In this document: piece by piece, positions 1 through 10,919 of the stretch
Layout of the letters: every line of letters starts with the position of its first letter
How positions within the stretch are numbered: position 1 is the stretch's first letter
Source of the DNA: Gammaproteobacteria bacterium
GTDB taxonomy: Bacteria; Pseudomonadota; Gammaproteobacteria; SZUA-140
Assembly: GCA_026982565.1 (NCBI GenBank)
Contig: JALSGV010000074.1
Span: forward strand, 331 to 64,330
Length of the DNA stretch: 64,000 nucleotides
Direction: 5' to 3'
Made by a program: the position numbers and the translations under genes
Notes under the pieces: generated by a model
What the model was told of the DNA's origin: nothing
Databases searched by the model: none
What the model saw: the letters and a program-made list of their open reading frames with translations, nothing else

Positions 1-681
1 GCTGGTCACCATGAGTATGGGCAGATCGGCCTGGCCGCTCTGGTGGCGTATGTGGCCGACCAGCTCGGCGCCATTCATGTGCGGCATGTTGTAGTCTGTC
101 ACCACAAAGTCGAAAAGGGCATGCTCCAGGATCTGCGCGGCCTCCTGACCATTGGCGGCTTCGGTGATTTTTTCAATACCGAAACCTTCCAGCGTGCGCC
201 GAATATGATGACGGGCGAATTGACTGTCGTCCACGATCAACACTTTCAACTCCTCTGCAAAGAGATCTCCCAGTTGCAGCGTATCCGGATCCAGGAACTC
301 CACCGTGGCATACAAGGCGCGCTTCAATTCCTCCGCCTGAAAGGGCTTGGGCAGAATCGCCACCACGCCGGCCTGGCGCACCTCGTCCAGGCACTCGAAG
401 CCCTGCTCGCTGGAGATCAACATGAAAGGCACCTGTTTCAACTTGTCATCCTGCCGCATTCCGGCCACCAGCTCGGCGCCCGTCATGTCCGGCAGGTACA
501 TGGCGCTGATGACCAGGTCAGGGAGCGTTTTGTTCAGCGCGGCAAACACCTCCCGCCCTTTCTGGACATGCTCCAGATATTTCACGCCACACTGTTCCAG
601 ACTCTCCTGAATCACGCGGAACTGCATGCCGGAAGGCTCCGCCAGCAATACTTGCAGTTCACCAATGGAAATTGATTTCAT
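1..681 (-). CDS. Tandem receiver-domain (REC-REC) response regulator, runs off the left edge
   Basis: Not in the ORF track. Manual translation from ATG at 681: MKSISIGELQVLLAEPS...PDLVISAMYLPDMTG...LPKPF...LKVLIVDDS...FDFVVTDYNMPHMNG...LPILMVTS. Two CheY-like domains; the first lacks the phospho-acceptor Asp. Confidence 0.9.
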   Translation of the reverse strand, partial: MKSISIGELQVLLAEPSGMQFRVIQESLEQCGVKYLEHVQKGREVFAALNKTLPDLVISAMYLPDMTGAELVAGMRQDDKLKQVPFMLISSEQGFECLDEVRQAGVVAILPKPFQAEELKRALYATVEFLDPDTLQLGDLFAEELKVLIVDDSQFARHHIRRTLEGFGIEKITEAANGQEAAQILEHALFDFVVTDYNMPHMNGAELVGHIRHQSGQADLPILMVTS

Positions 682-804
682 CCGAACGGCCTTCCCACGC
701 TCATACGTTTAACCCAAATCATAGATCTGCCGATGACCCCAGTATGAGCCCAACCGGCAGCCATACAGGAATTTACGGCAGAAACGGAACAGTACTTGAC
801 TGAA

Positions 805-1857
805 ATGCACCAGGAAAAAACCATCATCCCCATCGGCGGCGGCAAGGGCGGCATCGGCAAGAGCCTGCTGAGCGCCAATCTGGCCATCGCCCTGGCAACC
901 ATGGGCCACAAGACCGTGGTCGTCGACCTGGACCTGGGGGGCTCCAACCTGCACAGTTTTCTCGGCTTGCACGGCGAGGCGCCGGGCATCGGCACCTTTA
1001 TCCACACGGAAAAAAGCAAGCTCGGGGAATACCTGACATCGACACACTGGCGGAACCTGTCCTTCATTCCCGGCGACTGCGACGTGCCGTTCACGGGCAA
1101 TATCCATTACCAGACAAAACTCCGCCTGATGCGCAACCTGCTGGCCATCCCCTGCCGCTACCTGCTCCTGGATCTGGGCGCCGGCTGCAGTCACAATACC
1201 CTGGATTTCTTCAGGATGTCCGACCGGGGCATGGTGGTCACCACGCCGGAAGTCACGGCCGTCAGGAACATGCTGGCCTTCTTGAACAACCTGGTATTCC
1301 GCGTGATCGAAAGATCGCTGAGGAACAAGCCCCATACCCACAAGGCCCTGAAGAGCATCATCCGCCGCAGCGGCGCAAGCCAGACCACCCTGTCGGTTGA
1401 GGACATCCTGGCCGAGGTCGGCGCCATCGACCCGGAGGCGGCCGCCGGGATTCAGGCAGCCTGCCTGAGATACCGCCCGCGACTGGTCCTCAATATGGGG
1501 CGCCACCCGGACGATCTCATACAGATCGAAGGCACTTTTGCCGCCACCCGCAAACTCCTGTCCCTGTATACGGACCCCTTCGGCTTCGTTTTCGACGACC
1601 CGGTTGTACGGGAGAGCATCAACCACGGCACGCCCCTGGTGGAATATGACCCGGACAGCGTGGCGGCAAGAAGCATCGCCCACATTGCGCAGCGCATCGT
1701 ATACGTGTGGGACAAAACCCTGGATGAGCCCGACCAGGCGCTGCTCAATCATACCCGCAAATTCTACGAATATATCCAGAAGGATAATCAGCGGCGAATC
1801 CCCCACAAGCTGTTTTCCACTCCCATCCGGAACCTCTTCCCCAATCTCTTCAGTTGA
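805..1857 (+). CDS. MinD/FlhG/ParA-family P-loop ATPase
   Basis: Deviant Walker A GGKGGIGKS, DLDLGGSNLH and LLDLGAG motifs; ATG at 805 (TTG at 796 is an alternative start). Confidence 0.85.
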   Translation: MHQEKTIIPIGGGKGGIGKSLLSANLAIALATMGHKTVVVDLDLGGSNLHSFLGLHGEAPGIGTFIHTEKSKLGEYLTSTHWRNLSFIPGDCDVPFTGNIHYQTKLRLMRNLLAIPCRYLLLDLGAGCSHNTLDFFRMSDRGMVVTTPEVTAVRNMLAFLNNLVFRVIERSLRNKPHTHKALKSIIRRSGASQTTLSVEDILAEVGAIDPEAAAGIQAACLRYRPRLVLNMGRHPDDLIQIEGTFAATRKLLSLYTDPFGFVFDDPVVRESINHGTPLVEYDPDSVAARSIAHIAQRIVYVWDKTLDEPDQALLNHTRKFYEYIQKDNQRRIPHKLFSTPIRNLFPNLFS

Positions 1858-1873
1858 CCGGGGGATGTAGGTT

Positions 1874-3127
1874 ATGATGCGCTCCATGACGCATCGAGCC
1901 CCCCTACTGTCCGAGTCGCAGGCCCTGCGATGCCTGCTCGACGGCATCGCGCCCGTCGGGGAACGGGAGCAAGTCGATTTGCCAAATGCCCTGGCCCGCG
2001 TCGTCAGCGAGCCGGTAATGGCGCAGAGCGATGTCCCCGCTTTCGACAACAGCGCCATGGATGGTTATGCCGTCGCCTGCGGCGATATTGCCGCGCATGG
2101 CGAAACCCGCCTCGCGATCAGCCAGCGCATCACGGCGGGACGGCAGCCAACCCCCCTCGTGCCCGGCACGGCCGCGCGTATTTTCACCGGCGCCCCCCTG
2201 CCGCCTGGCGCGGATACGGTGGTGATGCAGGAAAACTGCCGTGAAGAAAGGGGACATGTCGTCATCCAGGGGCCTCTCGCCAAGGGCGGACACGTCAGAA
2301 AGGCCGGCGAGGATATCGCGGCCGGGCGTTGCGTCCTGGAGCAGGGAACCGTGATCCGCCCCCAGGAGATGGGACTGGCCGCATCCCTGGGCCGCGCCAC
2401 GCTCCCGGTCTATCGCAGGGTGCGCGTCTCCATCGTGGTGACCGGGAATGAACTGGTGGCCCCGGGCGCGCCCCTGGCGCCCGGGCAGCTCTACAATTCG
2501 AATCGCTATACCCTCTCGGGCCTGCTGTCCGCCCTGGGCTGCGAACTCAGTTACAGTCGCTGCATTCCCGATGACCTGGACGCCACCCGTGACGCACTGG
2601 CCCGGGCGGCACGGGCCTCGGATTTCATCTTGACCAGTGGCGGGGTTTCCGTGGGAGAGGAAGACTACGTCAAGCGTGCCATAGCGGATCTGGGCGCGCT
2701 GCACGTCCATCACATCGCCATCAAACCCGGCAAGCCTCTCACCTATGGCACTATCCACGGCACCCCCCTGCTGGGCCTGCCCGGCAACCCCGTATCCCTG
2801 TTCGTCACCTTTGTGATCTTCGCCCGCCCGGCCATTCTCAAATTGCAGGGGCGCACTGAACTGGCGCCCGCCAGGCTCTGGGCGCGGGCGACATTCGAGC
2901 GCCGCAACCCCATCAAACGGCGAGAATACCTGCGCGCCAGGCTTCAAGAAGCACAGGACGGCCATGGCCACGAGGTCTCAATCCATTCCCGTCAGGGCTC
3001 GGCCGTGCTTTCCTCCACTGCCTGGGCGAATTGTCTGGCTGTCATACCGGAACACGGCACCGTGGCGCCGGGTCAGGCCATAGCGGTCATGCCCTTCTCC
3101 AGCCTGCTGTCACCGCTGTCTGATTGA
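1874..3127 (+). CDS. moeA: Molybdopterin molybdotransferase MoeA
   Basis: FDNSAMDGYA, RIFTGAPLP, SGGVSVGEEDYV, KPGKP and GLPGNPVS motifs; the start may be 1877 or 1886. Confidence 0.95.
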   Translation: MMRSMTHRAPLLSESQALRCLLDGIAPVGEREQVDLPNALARVVSEPVMAQSDVPAFDNSAMDGYAVACGDIAAHGETRLAISQRITAGRQPTPLVPGTAARIFTGAPLPPGADTVVMQENCREERGHVVIQGPLAKGGHVRKAGEDIAAGRCVLEQGTVIRPQEMGLAASLGRATLPVYRRVRVSIVVTGNELVAPGAPLAPGQLYNSNRYTLSGLLSALGCELSYSRCIPDDLDATRDALARAARASDFILTSGGVSVGEEDYVKRAIADLGALHVHHIAIKPGKPLTYGTIHGTPLLGLPGNPVSLFVTFVIFARPAILKLQGRTELAPARLWARATFERRNPIKRREYLRARLQEAQDGHGHEVSIHSRQGSAVLSSTAWANCLAVIPEHGTVAPGQAIAVMPFSSLLSPLSD

Positions 3128-3138
3128 CCCGGCAGCAC

Positions 3139-5169
<2,031 letters not shown>

Positions 5170-5194
5170 TGCCCGGTCCTGTTCATGATTCCGT

Positions 5195-6634
5195 TTATCT
5201 TGAGAGGGTGCGGGGGTCGAAGGCGTCGCGCACCGCGTCCGAGAACAAGTTGGCCGCCAGCACCAATATGAACATGAAGACGAAGGCCGCCAGCAGCGAC
5301 CACCACACCATGGGATCCCGCGCCATCTCCAGGCGCGCGCCATTGATCATATTGCCCCAACTGTGCATGGAGGGGTCCACCCCCACGCCCACGTAAGACA
5401 GTATCGCCTCCGCCAGCACCAGGCCGCTGAAGTCGAGCACCACCGTGATGAGGACTATGTGCATGACATTGGGCAGCAGGTGGCGGCTCATGATGCGGGA
5501 ATGCCTGACGCCGAAGGCGGACGCCGCCTGGACGAATTCCGCCGCGCGCATTTTCATGGTCTCGCCGCGCAGCAGCCGGCACAGGCCCGTCCAGCTCGTT
5601 ACGCCCAGGATGATGCACAGGAACAGCAGGCGCATGTCGGCGCGCGCCGCGTCGGTCTCGAACAGGTCGGGGTGGGTATCGATATAGACCTGCAGCATGA
5701 GAATCGCCGAGGCGATGAGCAGAATGCCGGGAATGGAATTGAGGGTGGTATAGAGGTACTGGATGACGTCGTCCACCCAGCCGCGCAGATAACCCGCCAT
5801 GATGCCGAACAACAACGCGAAGGGCAGCATGACCAGGGTCGTCAGGGTGCCGATGACCAGCGCGGTGCGGATGCTCTTGATGGCCTGGTACAACACGTCG
5901 TTGCCCACCTTGTCGGTGCCGAAGATGTGATAGTGGCCGGCCAGGCTGGCGATAACGGCGATCAGCACCAGAAAGACGCCCGCCGTATACAGCATCATGT
6001 GCCAGGGAATGGCGGTCCGCCCACCCAGGATCTGTTTGAGGGTGACGGAAAACGATGCGCGCGCGCGCCGCGCCATGCCCCATATGAACAAGGCGCCCAG
6101 GGCCACCCACGCCAGCAGCCCCGCCCCCGCGCCGGACAGGCTGCGCAGCAGGATATCGCGCCCCTTGTCCCGTTGCGGGTCTTCCAGGTGCGCGCCGCCA
6201 TATTCAAGCCGCGGATAGAGGCGCGCGCTCGAGCCGTCGGGCAACTCGACCGTTTCCTTGGCATAGAGATGGGTGGCGAAAGGAGCGGAATAGGTCTTCT
6301 CCACCTGGGTCTTGAGAGGCCCCAGCATCAGGTCCAGCAGGCTGATGACCTCCACCGAGTAGAAGGTCTCGCCATCATGCCCCTTGTTTTCCAGGGGCTC
6401 GCGCATATGGATGGAATCCAGCAAGGCCACCGTTCCGTAGAAGACGATGACCACCGCCGCCACCATGCCGGTGCGGCTGGAAAACACCTTGCGCCACGGC
6501 GCGCGCAGATAGGCCTTGCCGCGCGCGTATGCGCCAAAGGCGATGATCACCGCCAGCAGCATGAATATCAGGGCGTCGGTCTTCAACAGCACCGGTTTCA
6601 CGCTGGAAAAATAGGCCATGCCCTCCATCAACAT
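5195..6634 (-). CDS. Peptide ABC transporter permease (DppC/OppC-like, with large periplasmic insert)
   Basis: HIFGTDKVGNDV, EAA-loop EFVQAASAFG...HLLPN, EAILSYVGVG...SWGNMI. Confidence 0.9.
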   Translation of the reverse strand: MLMEGMAYFSSVKPVLLKTDALIFMLLAVIIAFGAYARGKAYLRAPWRKVFSSRTGMVAAVVIVFYGTVALLDSIHMREPLENKGHDGETFYSVEVISLLDLMLGPLKTQVEKTYSAPFATHLYAKETVELPDGSSARLYPRLEYGGAHLEDPQRDKGRDILLRSLSGAGAGLLAWVALGALFIWGMARRARASFSVTLKQILGGRTAIPWHMMLYTAGVFLVLIAVIASLAGHYHIFGTDKVGNDVLYQAIKSIRTALVIGTLTTLVMLPFALLFGIMAGYLRGWVDDVIQYLYTTLNSIPGILLIASAILMLQVYIDTHPDLFETDAARADMRLLFLCIILGVTSWTGLCRLLRGETMKMRAAEFVQAASAFGVRHSRIMSRHLLPNVMHIVLITVVLDFSGLVLAEAILSYVGVGVDPSMHSWGNMINGARLEMARDPMVWWSLLAAFVFMFILVLAANLFSDAVRDAFDPRTLSR

Positions 6635-6650
6635 CCCGGGTTCCCTCCAT

Positions 6651-7628
6651 TCATGACAGGCGTATCCTCGGATCCACCAGGGTATAGGAGATATCCGTCA
6701 GAATCAGGCCAATGATATACAGGACGGAGCCCACGAAGACCATGGACCTGACGATGGCGAAATCCTGCGCCTGGATGGCGTCGATGACATAGCTGCCCAG
6801 GCCGGGAATGCCAAAGAAAGACTCCAGGATCAGGCTGCCCATGAACAACAGGGGCAGGAGCACCACCACGCCCGTGAGAATGGGGATCATGGCGTTCTTC
6901 AATACGTGGCGGAACAGCACCAGGCGCTCGCTCAAACCCTTGGCGCGCGCCGTCCTGACATAGTCCTTGCCGATCTCTTCCAGGAAGATGGTGCGGTACC
7001 AGCGCCCCCCCGATCCGATACCGTACAGGAGGGCCACCAGCACCGGCAGCACGATGAATTTGAGGGCGTTCATGCCTGAGTCGTAGCCGGAGATGGGCAC
7101 CAGGTGGAGCAGCTTGCCGATGACATACTGGCCACCGATGATATAGAACAGGGAAGAAATGGACATGAGCGCCACCAGCATGATCACGCCCGTCACATCG
7201 ATGTAGGTGGCGCGGAAAAAGGCCAGCAGCATGGCCACGGTGATATTGGTCAGCAGGCCGAAGACCAGAATGGGCACGGCGATGGCAAGGCTGGGCCACA
7301 TGCGTTGATAGATATCATGGCCGATATCCCTGCCATCATCGGAGAGACCGAAATCAAAGGCAAACAGCCTGACGGATTTCTGGAAAAAGATGGTATCAGT
7401 GAAAGTGGAGAGGCCTTGCGCCTCCTCATTGTAGAGCAACGGCTTGTCGTAACCGCGCTCCGCCTTCCATTTCTCGATGGCCTGCGGCGTGACATGTTTC
7501 ATGCCCAGATGCATGCGCGCCATGTCATCCGGGGTGTTGACGATGAAGAACAGCATGAAGGTGATCAGGTTGACCCCGATCAGGATGGGCACGGCATAAA
7601 GGAGACGGCGCGCTATATAGGCCAGCAT
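6651..7628 (-). CDS. Peptide ABC transporter permease (DppB/OppB-like)
   Basis: MLAYIARRLLY start, DYVRTARAKGL...HVLKNAMIP, ESFFGIPGLG, DISYTLVDPRIR. Confidence 0.92.
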   Translation of the reverse strand: MLAYIARRLLYAVPILIGVNLITFMLFFIVNTPDDMARMHLGMKHVTPQAIEKWKAERGYDKPLLYNEEAQGLSTFTDTIFFQKSVRLFAFDFGLSDDGRDIGHDIYQRMWPSLAIAVPILVFGLLTNITVAMLLAFFRATYIDVTGVIMLVALMSISSLFYIIGGQYVIGKLLHLVPISGYDSGMNALKFIVLPVLVALLYGIGSGGRWYRTIFLEEIGKDYVRTARAKGLSERLVLFRHVLKNAMIPILTGVVVLLPLLFMGSLILESFFGIPGLGSYVIDAIQAQDFAIVRSMVFVGSVLYIIGLILTDISYTLVDPRIRLS

Positions 7629-7678
7629 GGAACGCGGGCTCCGGCTATGTTGAAACGAACAGGACTCGGCATTGTGGC

Positions 7679-9883
7679 TCAGGACTCTCCGCGTATGGCC
7701 GGGGCGCGGTGCTCGCGCCGTATATAGGTGAACACCGCGGGCACGATCAGCGCCACCAGCAGCAGGCCCAACAGGCCCAGCGGCCACAATACAGGCTGGT
7801 TCCACTGGGCGCGTTTCTCCTTGCGCAAGACCGGGTCGATGCGCTTGTATTTCAGGGTGTTGTTCGCCATGAGGTTGGGCTTGGCATTGTGGTACCAGCT
7901 GTGATACAGGGCGAAACTCTTGGGGTGAAGTCCCCAGATCCAGGGCGCGTCACGACGCACGATATCGTTCATCGCCTCGATGATGCGCAGTCTTTCCGGG
8001 CCGTTGTCCATATTCTTCATTTGTTCGAACAGGCGGTTGAATTCGGGGTTGTCGTAGTTGGCCGCGTTCTCGCCATGATACTTGACCTTGCCATTGGGGC
8101 CATAGAGCAGGAAAAAGAAATTCTCCGGGTCCGGATAATCGGCGTTCCAGCCCCACATGAAGATCTGGGCGTTGCCGTTGCGCATCTTGTCGCGAAAGCG
8201 GTTGTAGTCCGTGTTGCGCACCACCAGCTGGATATCGAGCTTCTGGAACTGCTTGCGGTACCAATCCATGCGCGCCTTGTCGTCGGGTCCCCCACCCGTG
8301 ACATCGAAATACAGCACCAGGGGCTTGCCCGTTTCCTGGTCTACGCCCTTCTCGTAACCGGCCTCCGCCAGCAAACGGCGCGCCTCTTCGATGGGTTTTC
8401 GCACGGCGCGGCCGTCGATCCAGTCGTAGACATAGGGGTTGATGCCGTCCTGCCCTTCGCGATAACCGAAGATACCCGGCGGGATGGCGCCCTGGGCCGG
8501 AATACCGCGCCCATTGGCGAAGATGGAAATAAATTCCTCGTAATCCAGGGCGATGGAAATGGCCTGCCTGAGCTTGCGCTGACGCTCGCTGTAACCACCC
8601 GTCACCGGGTCCATCATATTGAACCCCATATAGAATATGGAGGTATTGACAGCCGTCTGCAGGCGTATGCCCTTGGCCCGCATGCGCTCGGTGAGGGCGA
8701 TGTCGCCCTGGCTGCCGATGCTGATGGCCTGGTCGAAGCTGTCGGAACTGATGCCGGAGGTGTCGTAGTAACCCTGCAGAAACTTGTTCCACAGGGGAAT
8801 ACTCTCCTTTTCCAGGCTGTAGACCACCTTGTCGATGAAGGGCAGGGGCCTGCCGGCATCGCTCAACAGCCCCGCCGCGGCGTCCCCCGCCTCGCCTTCC
8901 CGGGGATAGGTTTCGCCGTGGAAATGGGGATTGCGCGCCATGACCATCTTGCGGTTGGGATCGTTGACCGTCAGGTAATAGGGTCCGGTGCCGACAGGGT
9001 ACCAGTCAAAGGTGAAATTTTTCTCCGCCATGCCCGGCTGGGAATAGAAGATGTCCGCCTCGACGGGTACGGGGGAGAAGAACGGCATGGCCAGCCAGTA
9101 CACCAACTGGGGATACTTCCCTTTGACCGTGATGCGGTAGGTATAACGGTCGACGGCCTGCACCCCTTCCAGTGCGTAACGCCGGAGATCCAGAAACTTC
9201 CCCTCACCCTCACTGTCCAGGGCCTTATAGGCATTTTCCAGTGTTTTGGCGTAAGCACTCAAGCCAACGATGTATTCGCTCATGATACCCAGGATGGGAG
9301 AAAACAAGCGTGGATGGGCGAGGCGTTTGATCTGATAGACATAGTCTTCGGCAACCAATTCCCTCGTACCCGTGCGGGTAAAATCCGCCAGGGTATAGAG
9401 ACTTTCTATTTCCCCGCGCGTCAAGTCATGATAGAGAAAGCGGCCTTCGCCATCCTTGGCGAAGGCCGGGTGTGGCTGGTAGCGGATGCCGGGCCGGATA
9501 CGAATGTCATAGACGCTGTAGGCCACCTCCATGTCTCCGTCATCGGGCATCTCATTGCCATCGGCATCGTAGTAACGGGGATGCGGCACGGCCTCCGCGG
9601 TCAACGGTATGAGGGCATAGGGGCGTTTGAGATAGTGATACTGCAAGGGCGGCTCGTAGATCTGGCCGATGAACTGATATTCGCTGGCGCTGTAGGAGCG
9701 GGCGGGATCGAGATGCTTGGGACGTTCCGAGAAAGATGAATACATGATGTTCTGATCATCTTCTTCGTGGGGATAGGGATTGTTCCAGGGCCGGCCATCA
9801 CAGGCGCCCAGCAGGATCAGCAACAACAGCAAGCAGATCTTGTCATTCGATGCCCGCAGACAGGCCGTTATATTCTTCAACAA
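7679..9883 (-). CDS. ABC transporter substrate-binding protein, family 5; lipoprotein with C-terminal TM helix
   Basis: Lipobox LLGAC, PKHLDPARSY, PVGTGPY, WGWNADYPDPENF; hydrophobic C-terminal segment. Confidence 0.88.
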   Translation of the reverse strand: MLKNITACLRASNDKICLLLLLILLGACDGRPWNNPYPHEEDDQNIMYSSFSERPKHLDPARSYSASEYQFIGQIYEPPLQYHYLKRPYALIPLTAEAVPHPRYYDADGNEMPDDGDMEVAYSVYDIRIRPGIRYQPHPAFAKDGEGRFLYHDLTRGEIESLYTLADFTRTGTRELVAEDYVYQIKRLAHPRLFSPILGIMSEYIVGLSAYAKTLENAYKALDSEGEGKFLDLRRYALEGVQAVDRYTYRITVKGKYPQLVYWLAMPFFSPVPVEADIFYSQPGMAEKNFTFDWYPVGTGPYYLTVNDPNRKMVMARNPHFHGETYPREGEAGDAAAGLLSDAGRPLPFIDKVVYSLEKESIPLWNKFLQGYYDTSGISSDSFDQAISIGSQGDIALTERMRAKGIRLQTAVNTSIFYMGFNMMDPVTGGYSERQRKLRQAISIALDYEEFISIFANGRGIPAQGAIPPGIFGYREGQDGINPYVYDWIDGRAVRKPIEEARRLLAEAGYEKGVDQETGKPLVLYFDVTGGGPDDKARMDWYRKQFQKLDIQLVVRNTDYNRFRDKMRNGNAQIFMWGWNADYPDPENFFFLLYGPNGKVKYHGENAANYDNPEFNRLFEQMKNMDNGPERLRIIEAMNDIVRRDAPWIWGLHPKSFALYHSWYHNAKPNLMANNTLKYKRIDPVLRKEKRAQWNQPVLWPLGLLGLLLVALIVPAVFTYIRREHRAPAIRGES

Positions 9884-10036
9884 AAGACTGTTCTTGCCCG
9901 GTTAAATACCATTACAATAGCCGTAAATCACATCGTGCAACCCGAAATCGCAAAGCGGGAGGCCTTTATATTACCTGAATCCGAGGGTTCGGGTATTACA
10001 CAAAATCATATCTTAACTTAGGAAAAGGGTAAAACA

Positions 10037-10819
10037 ATGGGATTTCTGGAAGGTAAACGCGCATTGATCGTCGGCGTCGCAAGCAAGCGCTCCATCGCCT
10101 GGGGAATCGCCCAGGCCATGCACCGGGAAGGCGCCCAACTGGCATTCACATATCAGAACGACAAGCTGCGGGACCGCCTGGAGAAGCTGGCGGCGGAATG
10201 TGACTCCGACATCGCCCTGCCCTGCGATGTCTCCAAAGACGAAGAAATCGATGAAGTCTTCGAGCGCCTCGATGATTACTGGGATCACATCGATATCATC
10301 GTGCACTCCGTGGCCTTCGCGCCACGGGAGGCGCTGGAAGGTCCCTACCTGGACTGCCTGACCCGCGAGGGCTTTCTGCTCGCCCACGAGATCAGCTCAT
10401 ACAGTTTTGCCGCGCTGGCCAAGGCCGGCATCAACATGATGGAGGGACGCAACGGCGCCATGCTCACCCTGAGTTACCTGGGCGCGGACCGTTCCATTCC
10501 CAACTACAATGTCATGGGTCCGGCCAAGGCCAGCCTGGAGGCCAATGTGCGTTATATGGCCCAGGCCCTGGGTCCGGACGGCATCCGCGTCAATGCCATC
10601 TCGGCGGGCCCCATCAAAACCCTCGCCGCGGCCGGGATCGGCAACTTCCGCCGCTTTCTCGACTATGCCGAGAAAAATTCACCCCTGCGCCGCAATGTCA
10701 CCATCGAGGAAGTGGGTAACACGGCCGCATTCCTGTGCTCCGATCTGGCCAGCGGCATCACGGGCGAAATCACCTACGTGGACTCGGGCTACAACACCAT
10801 CGGCATGGGACAGATCTGA
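10037..10819 (+). CDS. fabI: Enoyl-ACP reductase
   Basis: [50 protein letters not shown]. Confidence 0.97.
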   Translation: MGFLEGKRALIVGVASKRSIAWGIAQAMHREGAQLAFTYQNDKLRDRLEKLAAECDSDIALPCDVSKDEEIDEVFERLDDYWDHIDIIVHSVAFAPREALEGPYLDCLTREGFLLAHEISSYSFAALAKAGINMMEGRNGAMLTLSYLGADRSIPNYNVMGPAKASLEANVRYMAQALGPDGIRVNAISAGPIKTLAAAGIGNFRRFLDYAEKNSPLRRNVTIEEVGNTAAFLCSDLASGITGEITYVDSGYNTIGMGQI

Positions 10820-10919
10820 GCGATCACGTGCTATTATTAACCCGGCAGCAATATATATTGTTGCCGGGCAGGCTCAAGCCTATCCACAGCGCGAGGAAGT
10901 GGAAAGCCCTGCGGAAATA

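Noticed and set aside
43-675. 210-aa plus-strand ORF
   Set aside because: Antisense shadow of the minus-strand response regulator (1-681), which has clear REC motifs.
7709-9739. 676-aa plus-strand ORF, and similar long antisense ORFs at 709-2058, 23235-24656, 31584-33410, 48952-50955, 52321-54102, 57965-59290 and 61763-63412
   Set aside because: Each mirrors a well-identified gene on the opposite strand and has no motifs; this is expected in GC-rich coding DNA.
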